From assembly GCA_027484145.1 (NCBI GenBank), contig JAIXUH010000007.1:291647-355646 (forward strand): a stretch of 64,000 nt of DNA, written 5' to 3'. Within the stretch, counting starts at the first letter, position 1. Each line of letters opens with the position of its first letter. Below the pieces are notes generated by a model. It did not search any database. It saw nothing but the letters and a program-made list of their open reading frames with translations, and was not told the DNA's origin. This document shows, in pieces, positions 54,557 to 62,892 of the stretch. Made by a program: the position numbers and the translations under genes. Source of the DNA: Rhodobacter sp. Lineage in GTDB: Bacteria; Pseudomonadota; Alphaproteobacteria; Rhodobacterales; Rhodobacteraceae.

Positions 54557-55144
54557 ATGACCGCAGAAGCCACAGACGCGCCGCAAAAGACGCCCGGCAA
54601 GGGGCGAAAGATCCTGAAATTCTTCGGGTATCTTCTGGGATCCGCCATTTTGGCCGGTGCCGGTTTCGGCGCAGGTTTCGTCTACTTTGCCAACCCTTTG
54701 TCCCCCAATTCCGATGTTCTGGCCCTGATCGAAAAACCGGTCGAACACGCCGCCGAGGCAGAGGTTACCGATGAGGGCGAGCCGATGCCCAAGCGCGTGC
54801 CCAAACCGGTGCCCGAGCAGGAACTGTATGTGACCAGCTATTATACATTCCCCGAGGCGCTGACCTCGAACCTTGCCGATAGCCGCCGGTTCATCCAGAT
54901 CTCGATTGGCATTTCCACCCAGTATGATGCCAGTGTGATCACCAATGTCGAAACGCACACGCTTGCGCTGAAGTCCGACATCCTGACCGTGCTATCCGGG
55001 TTCAGCGAAGAGGCGGCCGGCACCAAGGAAGGCCGCGAAAAGCTGGCCGTCGAACTGCGCGATGCCATGAATGCCCGGCTGGAACAGCTGGAAGGCTTTG
55101 GTGGCATCGAACACGTCTATTTCCCTTCCTTTGTCCTTCAATAA
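54557..55144 (+). CDS. fliL: flagellar basal-body protein FliL
   Basis: TM helix (ILKFFGYLLGSAILAGAGFGAGFVYF). FliL domain YYTFPEALTSNLADSRRFIQISIGISTQ...LKSDILTVLS...IEHVYFPSFVLQ. Confidence 0.9.
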   Translation: MTAEATDAPQKTPGKGRKILKFFGYLLGSAILAGAGFGAGFVYFANPLSPNSDVLALIEKPVEHAAEAEVTDEGEPMPKRVPKPVPEQELYVTSYYTFPEALTSNLADSRRFIQISIGISTQYDASVITNVETHTLALKSDILTVLSGFSEEAAGTKEGREKLAVELRDAMNARLEQLEGFGGIEHVYFPSFVLQ

Positions 55145-55156
55145 CGGCGGCACCCC

Positions 55157-56134
55157 ATGGCTTCACCGAAGAAACTTTCGGCGGGTGCAATTGCGGCGCT
55201 TGTCGGCGACCTTATGGACATGGACGGGGGTGGCCCGTTCGATGGAGACATCGAGGTTCGCCCCTATGTCTTTGGTCAGAACGACACCACCGTTCTGGGC
55301 GACTACTACGCGTTGCAGATGGTCAACGAACGGTTCTGCCGTCTGGCGCGCAACGTCTTTCTGCCGATGCTGCGGATGCAGCCGCGCGTGTCATCCTTTC
55401 CGCCGGAACTGCGGTCGTTCGAGGATTACCGCAGCAGCCAGGATAACTTTGTCTCGATCACCAACAGCCGCATCGATGAATTGCGCGGCAGCCAGTTGGT
55501 CGTGATCCCGCCCACATTCATCTCCTTGCTGACAGATGCCTATTACGGCGGGTCGATCCGCAGCATAAAGGCCACCCGCACCGAATTCACCGCCAGCGAA
55601 AGCCGTGTGATCGAGATCATTTCCGGTCGGCTGAACGATGCGCTGCAACTGGCATGGCGCGATCTGGTCGCCTTGACCTTCGCCGTGGCCAGCCACGAAG
55701 AGAACATGCAGTTCGCCGCCTTTGTCGATGGCGAGGACATGGTCGTGGTCTGCTCGTTCATGGTGCAGCTGCCGGGGGCCGACCCGGCCAGCTTTGACGT
55801 GATCTATCCGCTGCAGACGCTGAAACCCATCGCCACGCAACTGCGCTCGCGCATGCAGTCGGACTTTGTCGATGATGACCACACATGGCGCAACCGCCTT
55901 GAACGCGCGATCCTTGAGATTCCGCTGCAGGTTTCGGCGCGGCTGTGCGAGCCCGAGATTCCTCTGCGCCAGCTTTTGCAACTGCGCTCGGGCGATGTGG
56001 TGCCAGTCATGCTGAACGACACCATCGAAGTGCTGATCGAAGGCAAACATCTGTTCACTGGTCAGGCCGGAAACCAGGGCGGCCAATCGGCCCTGCGGGT
56101 TCTGGGGCGCGCGACCAACGGCAAAGACAAATAA
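55157..56134 (+). CDS. fliM: flagellar motor switch protein FliM
   Basis: LSAGAIAALVGDLMD N-terminal CheY-P binding-like peptide. FCRLARNVFLPMLR and LLTDAYYGGS. C-terminal SpoA-like LRSGDVVPVMLNDTIEVLIEGKHLFTG. Confidence 0.9.
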   Translation: MASPKKLSAGAIAALVGDLMDMDGGGPFDGDIEVRPYVFGQNDTTVLGDYYALQMVNERFCRLARNVFLPMLRMQPRVSSFPPELRSFEDYRSSQDNFVSITNSRIDELRGSQLVVIPPTFISLLTDAYYGGSIRSIKATRTEFTASESRVIEIISGRLNDALQLAWRDLVALTFAVASHEENMQFAAFVDGEDMVVVCSFMVQLPGADPASFDVIYPLQTLKPIATQLRSRMQSDFVDDDHTWRNRLERAILEIPLQVSARLCEPEIPLRQLLQLRSGDVVPVMLNDTIEVLIEGKHLFTGQAGNQGGQSALRVLGRATNGKDK

Positions 56135-56150
56135 GAAAGGGACGAAAACC

Positions 56151-56441
56151 ATGACCGACGCACTGACAGGCGACCGCCCGACGGCTGAGAATCTGAGGCT
56201 GCTGGAAAACATCGGGGTCAAACTCTCGGTCGAGGTTGGCCGAACCGAACTGACGATCCGCGACCTCTTGCGCCTGTCCGAAGGCTCGGTGATCGAGTTG
56301 GACCGCCTTGCCGGTGACCCGCTGGATGTGCTGGTGAACGGCACCCCGATCGCCAAGGGCGAGGTGGTGATGGTGGGCGAACGCTTTGGCATCCGGTTCG
56401 GTCAGATCATCGACCCAGAAAAGCGCGCCGAAACCATCTGA
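56151..56441 (+). CDS. fliN: flagellar motor switch protein FliN
   Basis: 96 aa. SpoA domain VKLSVEVGRTELTIRDLLRLSEGSVIELDRLAGDPLDVLVNGTPIAKGEVVMVGERFGIRF. Confidence 0.95.
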   Translation: MTDALTGDRPTAENLRLLENIGVKLSVEVGRTELTIRDLLRLSEGSVIELDRLAGDPLDVLVNGTPIAKGEVVMVGERFGIRFGQIIDPEKRAETI

Positions 56442-56501
56442 TCCAAAGCCGCCGGGGCGCGGCATCTGTCCGGGGTAAAGCTTTGGCGCAAGGGGTGTGG
56501 C

Positions 56502-56517
56502 TGGCACGCCCCTTGCA
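56502..56517 (+). promoter_or_regulatory. sigma54 (-24/-12) promoter for fliOPQR-flhB
   Basis: TGGCACGCCCCTTGCA is a perfect consensus match, located in the 112-nt gap after fliN. Confidence 0.7.
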
Positions 56518-56553
56518 GGCTTGTGGCACAGACTGCCGCAAAGGATAGCCGCT

Positions 56554-56826
56554 TTGGACCCTGTCGATCTGATCAATCCCATTCAGCTGCTGACGCTGAT
56601 CGTCTTTCTGGGCGCACTTCTGGCGCTTTGGTATGTTGTGCAACGCAACAAATCCGGTCTGGCCCGCCGCATGGGTCAGGGCCGTCGGATCACTGTCTGC
56701 GAAGTGGCCGCCATTTCCCCCACCGACCGCGCCATGATCCTGTCGGTGGACGGGCGTGAGTTTCTGGTGTTGCGCGCCCGTGGTGCCGCCCCCGTAGTCA
56801 CCGCTTTGCCGGGGGTCCAGCCATGA
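56554..56826 (+). CDS. fliO: flagellar export protein FliO
   Basis: Single TM helix (LLTLIVFLGALLALWYVV), then RITVCEVAAISPTDRAMILSVDGREFLV. The TTG start at 56554 has AAGGA 8 nt upstream. The tracked GTG at 56497 would place the sigma54 promoter inside the CDS. Confidence 0.7.
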   Translation: MDPVDLINPIQLLTLIVFLGALLALWYVVQRNKSGLARRMGQGRRITVCEVAAISPTDRAMILSVDGREFLVLRARGAAPVVTALPGVQP

Positions 56827-57566
56827 TGCGCGTTCTTCTGACACTCGCCCTGATCGTGGCCACATCGGCAATGGCGCAGGCGCAGGGTCTGCCTGCCCTG
56901 ACGCTTGACACAACCGATGGCGGTGCCACCACCTATTCGCTGTCCTTCCAGATCCTGATCCTGATGACGGCGCTGACGGTGCTGCCATCCATCGTCCTGG
57001 GGATGAGCGCGTTCACCCGCATCATCATCGTGCTGTCGATCCTGCGGCAGGCCCTTGGCACCCAACAGACGCCGCCCAATCAGGTGCTGATCGCGATGGC
57101 GCTGTTCCTGACATTCTTCATCATGCAGCCCACGCTGACCGAGCTTTATGATACCACCGCCGAACCCTATCTGGCCGGCCGGATGGAGGCAGACGAGGCG
57201 TTGTCCACTGGCGGCGCGGTGATGAAAGGCTGGCTGGTGGAAAACACCCGCCAGAATGATCTGATGATGTTTTCCGAACTGGCGGGCACCGGGCCCTATG
57301 CCTCGCCGCAGGATGTGCCGTTTTCGGTGCTGTTGCCGGCGTTCATGACATCCGAACTGAAAACCGCATTCCAGATCGGGTTCCTTCTGTTCCTGCCCTT
57401 TCTGGTGATCGACATGGTCATCGCCTCCATTCTGATGGCCTTGGGCATGATGATGCTCTCGCCCATGCTGGTGTCGCTGCCCTTCAAGCTCTTGCTGTTC
57501 GTTCTGGTCGATGGCTGGGCACTGACCGTCGGCTCTTTGGCTGCAACCTATGGCGCGGGGGCGTAA
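56823..57566 (+). CDS. fliP: flagellar export apparatus protein FliP
   Basis: Signal-like N terminus. SLSFQILILMTALTVLPSIVLGMSAFTRIIIVLSILRQALGTQQTPPNQVLIAMALFLTFFIM and AFMTSELKTAFQIGFLLFLPFLVIDMVIASILMALGMMML. Confidence 0.95.
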   Translation: MMRVLLTLALIVATSAMAQAQGLPALTLDTTDGGATTYSLSFQILILMTALTVLPSIVLGMSAFTRIIIVLSILRQALGTQQTPPNQVLIAMALFLTFFIMQPTLTELYDTTAEPYLAGRMEADEALSTGGAVMKGWLVENTRQNDLMMFSELAGTGPYASPQDVPFSVLLPAFMTSELKTAFQIGFLLFLPFLVIDMVIASILMALGMMMLSPMLVSLPFKLLLFVLVDGWALTVGSLAATYGAGA

Positions 57567-57570
57567 CATC

Positions 57571-57837
57571 ATGGATTTCGACGCAAACATCGAACACGTC
57601 CGGCTGGCGTTCTGGAACATCATCCTTGTCGCCGGGCCGGTCCTTGTGGTGGCGCTGATCGTCGGTCTTGTGATCGGCATTCTGCAGGCGGCCACGTCCA
57701 TCAACGAATCCACGCTGTCCTTTGTGCCAAAGCTGGGCATCGTGATGCTGACCATGGCCCTGTCTGCGGGGTTCATGCTGTCCACGATGTCGGACTATTT
57801 CGCCTACGTGTTCCAGACCATCGCCGCGATCCGATAG
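57571..57837 (+). CDS. fliQ: flagellar export apparatus protein FliQ
   Basis: 88 aa from the ATG at 57571. GPVLVVALIVGLVIGILQAATSINESTLSFVPKL. Confidence 0.9.
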   Translation: MDFDANIEHVRLAFWNIILVAGPVLVVALIVGLVIGILQAATSINESTLSFVPKLGIVMLTMALSAGFMLSTMSDYFAYVFQTIAAIR

Positions 57838-57841
57838 CGCC

Positions 57842-58633
57842 ATGTTGCCCGCCGTCGGCCTGACCGAGTTGTTCGACATTCTGGCGCAGCACATGGTGGC
57901 CATGCTGCGGCTGGGGGCGTTTCTGTTGGCCTCGCCGGTCTTTGGTGGCCGCTTCGTGCCCTTGCCGGTGCGCATCGTGGCCACCAGTGTCATCGCCGTT
58001 CCGGTGGTCATGCATGCGCCCATGCCTGACCCGGACCTGATCAGCGACCTGCGCTTTGTTCCGGTGGCCTTGGCCGAACTGGCCATCGGCCTCGTGGCGG
58101 GGCTGGTGCTGACCATCCTGTTCTCGGCCGCCGCCATTGCCGGAGACCGCATCGCCTCAACCGCCGGGCTTGGCTTTGCCGCCCAGTTTGACCCCGCCGC
58201 CGGCGGTCAGACGCCGGTGGTCAGCCAGATTTTCGGCCTCGTGCTGCTGTCGGTGTTCATCGGCACCGATGGCCACCTGATCGCCATCCGGCTTATTCTG
58301 GAAAGCTATCAGTTCCTGCCTATCGGATCGGCCCTGAATGCGCGCGTCCTTGTTGCGGCCGGGCTGGATGCAGCGGAAAACATGTTCGCGCTTGGCGCGG
58401 CCATCATGATGCCGGTCGTGTCGGTCCTGTTGCTCTTGAACATCGTCATCGGCGTGCTCACCCGCTCTGCCCCGCAGTTGAACGTGTTTTCCTTTGGCTT
58501 TCCCGTCACCATGGCGGCGACAGTCCTGTTGATCTATGCCTTTGCCCCCGGCCTTGTCGCCTCGTTCGACGCGCTGGTGCAGCAGGGACTGGTCAACATG
58601 GCCGATCTTCTGGGGTCGCTCAAAGATGGCTGA
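57842..58633 (+). CDS. fliR: flagellar export apparatus protein FliR
   Basis: 263 aa polytopic membrane protein. RLGAFLLASPVFG and QLNVFSFGFPVTM motifs. Confidence 0.9.
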   Translation: MLPAVGLTELFDILAQHMVAMLRLGAFLLASPVFGGRFVPLPVRIVATSVIAVPVVMHAPMPDPDLISDLRFVPVALAELAIGLVAGLVLTILFSAAAIAGDRIASTAGLGFAAQFDPAAGGQTPVVSQIFGLVLLSVFIGTDGHLIAIRLILESYQFLPIGSALNARVLVAAGLDAAENMFALGAAIMMPVVSVLLLLNIVIGVLTRSAPQLNVFSFGFPVTMAATVLLIYAFAPGLVASFDALVQQGLVNMADLLGSLKDG

Positions 58634-59786
58634 GGGCGAAGACAGCGAAGAAAAATCACACGAACCGACCGACAAGAAAAAGGATGACGCCCGCAAGGAA
58701 GGGCAGGTCCTGACCTCGAAAGAGGCGTTTGTTTTTGCAACCCTAGGCGCAGGCACAGCCCTGCTGGCCCTGTCGGCAACCTATGCGCCCATGATGCTGC
58801 GCCGATGGACCGAATACTTCCGCCTTGGCCCGCGCGAAGGGTTGGATACCCTGCTGACAACGCGCCTGTCACAGTTCTGGGTCGAAATGCTGGTGGGTGG
58901 GCTGGCCTTTGCGGTTCCGCTTGCCGCTGTGGTGATCGGGCTGCAGATGGCGATGGGGGGCATCAACTTTGCCCCCAAGGCAGCCGGGTTCAACTGGGCC
59001 AAGATGGACCCGCTCAAGGGTCTGGGGCGCATGGTGTCCGCACAGGCGCTCGTCGAACTGGGCAAGGGCATCCTCAAGGTGCTGTTGCTTGGCGGGCTGT
59101 CGGTTCTGGCGCTGAACAAGGATCTGGAAACCTACGGCGCGCTGTTTTCCATTGATGTTGCAACCTCGCTGACCATTCTGTGCGCGGCGATCGTGTCCCT
59201 TCTGATGTGGCTTTGCCTTGGTCTGGGCGGTATCGGCGCGCTGGATCTGGCGTGGCAATTCATCTCGATGCGCAAACGCCTGATGATGTCGTTTCAAGAA
59301 CTGAAGCAGGAAAGCAAGGAATCCAACGGCTCGCCCGAGGTAAAGGGCCGCCTGCGCCGCATGCAGATGGAAGCCAGCCATCGTGGCGCAAAAGAACGCG
59401 CCGCACTGGATGACGTGCCGCAGGCCACCGCCATCATCACCAACCCGACCCACTTTGCCGTGGCCCTGCGCTATGTGCCGGGCGAGACGGCGGCCCCGAA
59501 GATTCTGGCCATGGGCAAGGGCCCGATGGCACAGGAAATCATCGCGCGCGGCAAAGGTGCCGGTGTGCCGGTGCTGCAAAGCCCGCCATTGGCACGCGCC
59601 TTGTACTTCACGTCCGAGATTGGCAGCGAAATAAGTGAACGCCTGTTCGGTGCCGTCGCAGCCATTCTGGCCCATGTCTACCGGCTTGATCGCGGACAGG
59701 CCTCCGATCTGCCCGACATCGACCTGCCCAAGGATATGCGGTTCACCGAGCACGGCCGCAAGGTGGATGAGGCTGGCAAACCATGA
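58626..59786 (+). CDS. flhB: flagellar export switch protein FlhB
   Basis: 386 aa from the ATG at 58626. EKSHEPTDKKKDDARKEGQV start motif. Autocleavage site region ITNPTHFAVALRY. 8-nt overlap with fliR. Confidence 0.95.
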   Translation: MAEGEDSEEKSHEPTDKKKDDARKEGQVLTSKEAFVFATLGAGTALLALSATYAPMMLRRWTEYFRLGPREGLDTLLTTRLSQFWVEMLVGGLAFAVPLAAVVIGLQMAMGGINFAPKAAGFNWAKMDPLKGLGRMVSAQALVELGKGILKVLLLGGLSVLALNKDLETYGALFSIDVATSLTILCAAIVSLLMWLCLGLGGIGALDLAWQFISMRKRLMMSFQELKQESKESNGSPEVKGRLRRMQMEASHRGAKERAALDDVPQATAIITNPTHFAVALRYVPGETAAPKILAMGKGPMAQEIIARGKGAGVPVLQSPPLARALYFTSEIGSEISERLFGAVAAILAHVYRLDRGQASDLPDIDLPKDMRFTEHGRKVDEAGKP

Positions 59787-59814
59787 CGGCCCGTCACGCA
59801 GCGCAAGGATGGGC

Positions 59815-59830
59815 TGGCATGAAACCTGCA
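59815..59830 (+). promoter_or_regulatory. sigma54-like (-24/-12) element upstream of the MotF-like gene
   Basis: TGGCATGAAACCTGCA. GG-N10-GC is preserved, with two mismatches to the consensus. It lies 30 nt upstream of the ATG at 59860. Confidence 0.4.
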
Positions 59831-59859
59831 TGCACCCCGGCAGCATTCAAGGGCTAGCC

Positions 59860-60618
59860 ATGACAGACGAGACGCAACTTACCGCCGAAGACTTCAGCGA
59901 CAGCATCCGCAGGGCGCTGCAGGCGGCCGCCGTCGCCACGGATGCCGCCGAAGAGGCCGCCAGCATTTCCGACCAAAGCCGCAAGGCGATTGCCGCCGCC
60001 GCCGCAGGGCAGCGCCGCATGACCTATATCGCGGCGGGCACGCTGGTCGGGGCCTTTGTTGCCGCAGGTCTGGGGGCCCTTGTCTATCTGCGCAGCGTGG
60101 CAGACCTGCGCGAGGCCGCCGAACTGCAGGCCATCGCCAACAAGGCCCTGGTTGAACAGATTCAGGCACTGGAGCGGACCAAGGAAGATGCCATCATCGT
60201 CATCTCGGAACTGACCACCTTCGAGGATCGGATCAAGGAGCTGATCGACGGCATCGCCACCCGGATCAAGACCGATATGGACGCGATGACCGCCGACTCG
60301 GCCGCCTTGCAGCCCCAGATGGCAACCGCCATTCAGGACCATTTCGATGCCGGTCTGGAAAAGATGCGCGCCGAGGTCATGACCAGCCTTGCCGCGCTTG
60401 AACTGGGCGGCACAGGCGCAGGCGACCCCGAGATGAAGGTGCTTCTGACTGATCTGCGCGACATGCTGGCGAACGGACTTCCCCCGGCCGAAGCGAAACC
60501 GGCCACGCCCCCGAAGAAGGCCGAGACCAAAACCGCATCGCCCAAGCCAAAGCAGACCGCAACGCCCGCCAAAAAACCGGCGCCAAAGCCAGCAAAACCT
60601 CCGTTCAGCTTTCCCTAA
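59860..60618 (+). CDS. bitopic membrane protein, coiled-coil periplasmic part and Pro/Lys-rich tail (MotF-like by position and architecture)
   Basis: 252 aa. About 50 cytoplasmic residues, one TM helix (MTYIAAGTLVGAFVAAGLGALVYL), a helical region, and the tail AKPATPPKKAETKTASPKPKQTATPAKKPAPKPAKPP. R. sphaeroides MotF is a bitopic Fla1 protein heading a small operon of hypotheticals (from memory; no sequence comparison was possible). Confidence 0.4.
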   Translation: MTDETQLTAEDFSDSIRRALQAAAVATDAAEEAASISDQSRKAIAAAAAGQRRMTYIAAGTLVGAFVAAGLGALVYLRSVADLREAAELQAIANKALVEQIQALERTKEDAIIVISELTTFEDRIKELIDGIATRIKTDMDAMTADSAALQPQMATAIQDHFDAGLEKMRAEVMTSLAALELGGTGAGDPEMKVLLTDLRDMLANGLPPAEAKPATPPKKAETKTASPKPKQTATPAKKPAPKPAKPPFSFP

Positions 60619-60629
60619 GGACCAAACCC

Positions 60630-61328
60630 ATGCGTGACGGCACCCGTTCTGACGGCCGCAGTTTGCGTCTTTCCTCAACCGATAGCGCCCCTCTGGGGCG
60701 GCAGCTGCGCCTGCGCGATGGTGATCTTTTGCTGTCCGTCAACGGCGTGCCGTTTCAGGGCGGCGAAAAGGAACTCGCCAGCAAGATTGCCGAAGGCCGC
60801 GGCAACCCGGTGGCCCTGACGTTTCAGCGTGGCAACCATCAGATCATGGTTCTGTCGCAGACCGCACGGTTGGGCCAGTGGGAGGAATGCCCCGCACTTG
60901 CGGTTGATACCGTAAACCGGCTGAACCCCGATGTGCTCAGCAACTGGGAAATCCTTGTTGCACGCGACGGGCGCTATGACCTGCACCCCCTGAATAACAG
61001 CATCCTTGCCCTGATCGCGGCCCCCGTCTGGTTGCTGCAGATGCGGCTGTGGATCACCGGGGCGGCGCTGATTGCGGCGGCCATGGTGGCGGCAGCCGTG
61101 TCACCCCTGATGCTGCTGGCCGTCTATCTGGCGGGTGGTTTGCACTTCTGGCACGCGGGTCCGAAATATGTCCGCAAGGACCGCATCGCGCGCGGGCTGA
61201 CCCCTCAGATCGTGCTGGCCGCCGGGTCAGAGCGCGCGGCCCACGCGGCCTATCTGCGGCTGGAACCCACCGCGCGCTTTCTGTTTGCGCCCGTTCCGCC
61301 CACAACCGTCACAGACAAGATCGCCTGA
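60630..61328 (+). CDS. membrane protein with PDZ-like N-terminal segment and two TM helices
   Basis: LRLRDGDLLLSVNGVPFQGGEKELASKIAEGRGNPVALTFQRGNHQIMV resembles a PDZ core. Followed by ILALIAAPVWLLQMRLWITGAALIAAAMVAAAVSPLMLLAVYLAGGLHFW. Confidence 0.5.
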   Translation: MRDGTRSDGRSLRLSSTDSAPLGRQLRLRDGDLLLSVNGVPFQGGEKELASKIAEGRGNPVALTFQRGNHQIMVLSQTARLGQWEECPALAVDTVNRLNPDVLSNWEILVARDGRYDLHPLNNSILALIAAPVWLLQMRLWITGAALIAAAMVAAAVSPLMLLAVYLAGGLHFWHAGPKYVRKDRIARGLTPQIVLAAGSERAAHAAYLRLEPTARFLFAPVPPTTVTDKIA

Positions 61329-61346
61329 CCGGCACGCGCCGGTCAG
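61325..61346. terminator. stem-loop between convergent genes
   Basis: CTGACCGGC-ACGC-GCCGGTCAG is a 9-bp perfect stem overlapping the stop of the plus-strand gene, 12 nt from the rpoN stop. Confidence 0.5.
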
Positions 61347-61357
61347 ACCGCCAAGTG

Positions 61358-62710
61358 TCAGATCGATCCGTTCAGCACCGCGCGGCGGCGACGCTCGGTC
61401 GAGGATGGAATGTTCAGGATATCGCGATACTTGGCCACCGTTCGACGGGCCAGCACCACACCTTCCTTTGACACGATCTTGGCAATCGTCTCATCGCTCA
61501 GCGGGTCATCGGCAGATTCCGCCAGCACCAGTTGCTTGATCCGGTGGCGCACGGCCGCAGCCGACCCCGGCTCATCACCCGACGCGCTGCCAAGGGCTGC
61601 ACTGAAAAAGCTTTTCAGCGGAAAGGTGCCTTGCGGCGTCGCCACCAGCATCCCCGAGGTGACGCGGCTGACCGTGCTTTCATGCACGCCGATGGCATCG
61701 GCCACTTCGCGCAGGATCATCGGGCGCATATGGGCGGCCCCCATCTCAAGGAACGCCTGCTGACGGCGCACCACTTCGGCCCCCACCTTCAGGATCGTCT
61801 GGTTACGGTGCTCCACCGCGCGGGCCAGCCAGCGTGCCACCGACAACCGCTCGCCCACATAGGCACCAGCCTGTGCATTGGCGGGGCTGGCGTGGCGGGC
61901 CACGGCTTGCGCCTGTTCGGCCCGCACCACCACGCGCGGCAGGGTCGAACGGTTCAGGTCAACCTGCCAGCCGTTTTCGGCCCGCGTCACGATCAGGTCT
62001 GGCGGACGCTGCGGCGGAATAAAGGTTTCGAACATCGCGCCCGGCTTTGGATTCAGCCCGCGCAGGGTCCGCAATTCGGCCTTCAGCTCATCCATCGTGC
62101 AGCCGCAGACCCGGCTCAGACCCTTCAGGTCCGCCTGTGCCAGCAACGGCAGGTTTTCCAGAATGGCGCGGAACCGTGGCGTCAGGATGCCCCGCTCTGC
62201 CGCCTGCAGACGCAGGCATTCCGACAGCGACCGCGCAAAGATACCGGCGGGTTCAATGCCCTGCAGCTTGCGCAGCAGCGTTTCCGCCTCGGCCTCGGAA
62301 ACCCCGGCCCGTGCCGCGATCATCGACAGCGGCTGACCCAGCCAGCCCGAGGGTTCCAGCGCATCCAGAAACGCCGAAGCGGCCATGTTCTCGGCTGGCG
62401 ACAGGCCAAGGCGCGAGATTTCGGTGGTGATATGGGCATAAAGCGACGGCCCCGGATCAGCGGCAAGTGCCCCGATCCTGTCCCAGTCATCATCGCTGGA
62501 GGCGCGGGATGTCGGAAGTTGCGGGGTGCGGTCGATCACGCTGCGTGGCAGCGGCGCCAGTTCGACAAACGGGTTCTCTTCCGACTGCTTTTCGATGAAC
62601 GCCGCAAGGTCGTTATTGCCCATCGCAAGCAGGTGAATGGCCTGCTGAAGCTGGGCATTCACCACCATCGATTGGCGCTGGCTGATCGTCTGGGCGTTGA
62701 AAAGCTGCAT
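61358..62710 (-). CDS. rpoN: RNA polymerase sigma54 factor RpoN
   Basis: 450 aa. The Gln-rich region I is MQLFNAQTISQRQSMVVNAQLQQAIHLLAM. The RpoN box is ARRTVAKYRDILNIPSS. An HTH lies upstream of it. Confidence 0.95.
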   Translation of the reverse strand: MQLFNAQTISQRQSMVVNAQLQQAIHLLAMGNNDLAAFIEKQSEENPFVELAPLPRSVIDRTPQLPTSRASSDDDWDRIGALAADPGPSLYAHITTEISRLGLSPAENMAASAFLDALEPSGWLGQPLSMIAARAGVSEAEAETLLRKLQGIEPAGIFARSLSECLRLQAAERGILTPRFRAILENLPLLAQADLKGLSRVCGCTMDELKAELRTLRGLNPKPGAMFETFIPPQRPPDLIVTRAENGWQVDLNRSTLPRVVVRAEQAQAVARHASPANAQAGAYVGERLSVARWLARAVEHRNQTILKVGAEVVRRQQAFLEMGAAHMRPMILREVADAIGVHESTVSRVTSGMLVATPQGTFPLKSFFSAALGSASGDEPGSAAAVRHRIKQLVLAESADDPLSDETIAKIVSKEGVVLARRTVAKYRDILNIPSSTERRRRAVLNGSI

Positions 62711-62842
62711 GGTTGATCTCCTGTTGAAACCACCGTGCCAACTTCTTCGCCATCACGCAAAAAAACCGTTTGACGTGTGTAAAATGACGGAAAGCTGACA
62801 GTTCCGTCTGAAAATCGCCCTTCAACCCTTTGAAAATAAAGA

Positions 62843-62865
62843 CCCCGGCGGATGAACCGCCGAGG
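62843..62865. terminator. rho-independent terminator after the flagellin gene (bidirectional architecture)
   Basis: CCCCGGCGG-ATGAA-CCGCCGAGG stem with one G-U. The T7 run is on the plus side and TCTTTATTTTC on the minus side. It lies 27-49 nt beyond the fliC stop. Confidence 0.7.
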
Positions 62866-62892
62866 CCTTTTTTTCGGGCTGTCAGTTTTACG

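Noticed and set aside
56497-56553. GTG at 56497 as the fliO start
   Set aside because: It would place the perfect sigma54 -24/-12 element inside the coding region, and it lacks a Shine-Dalgarno. The TTG at 56554 has AAGGA at the proper distance and still includes the TM helix.
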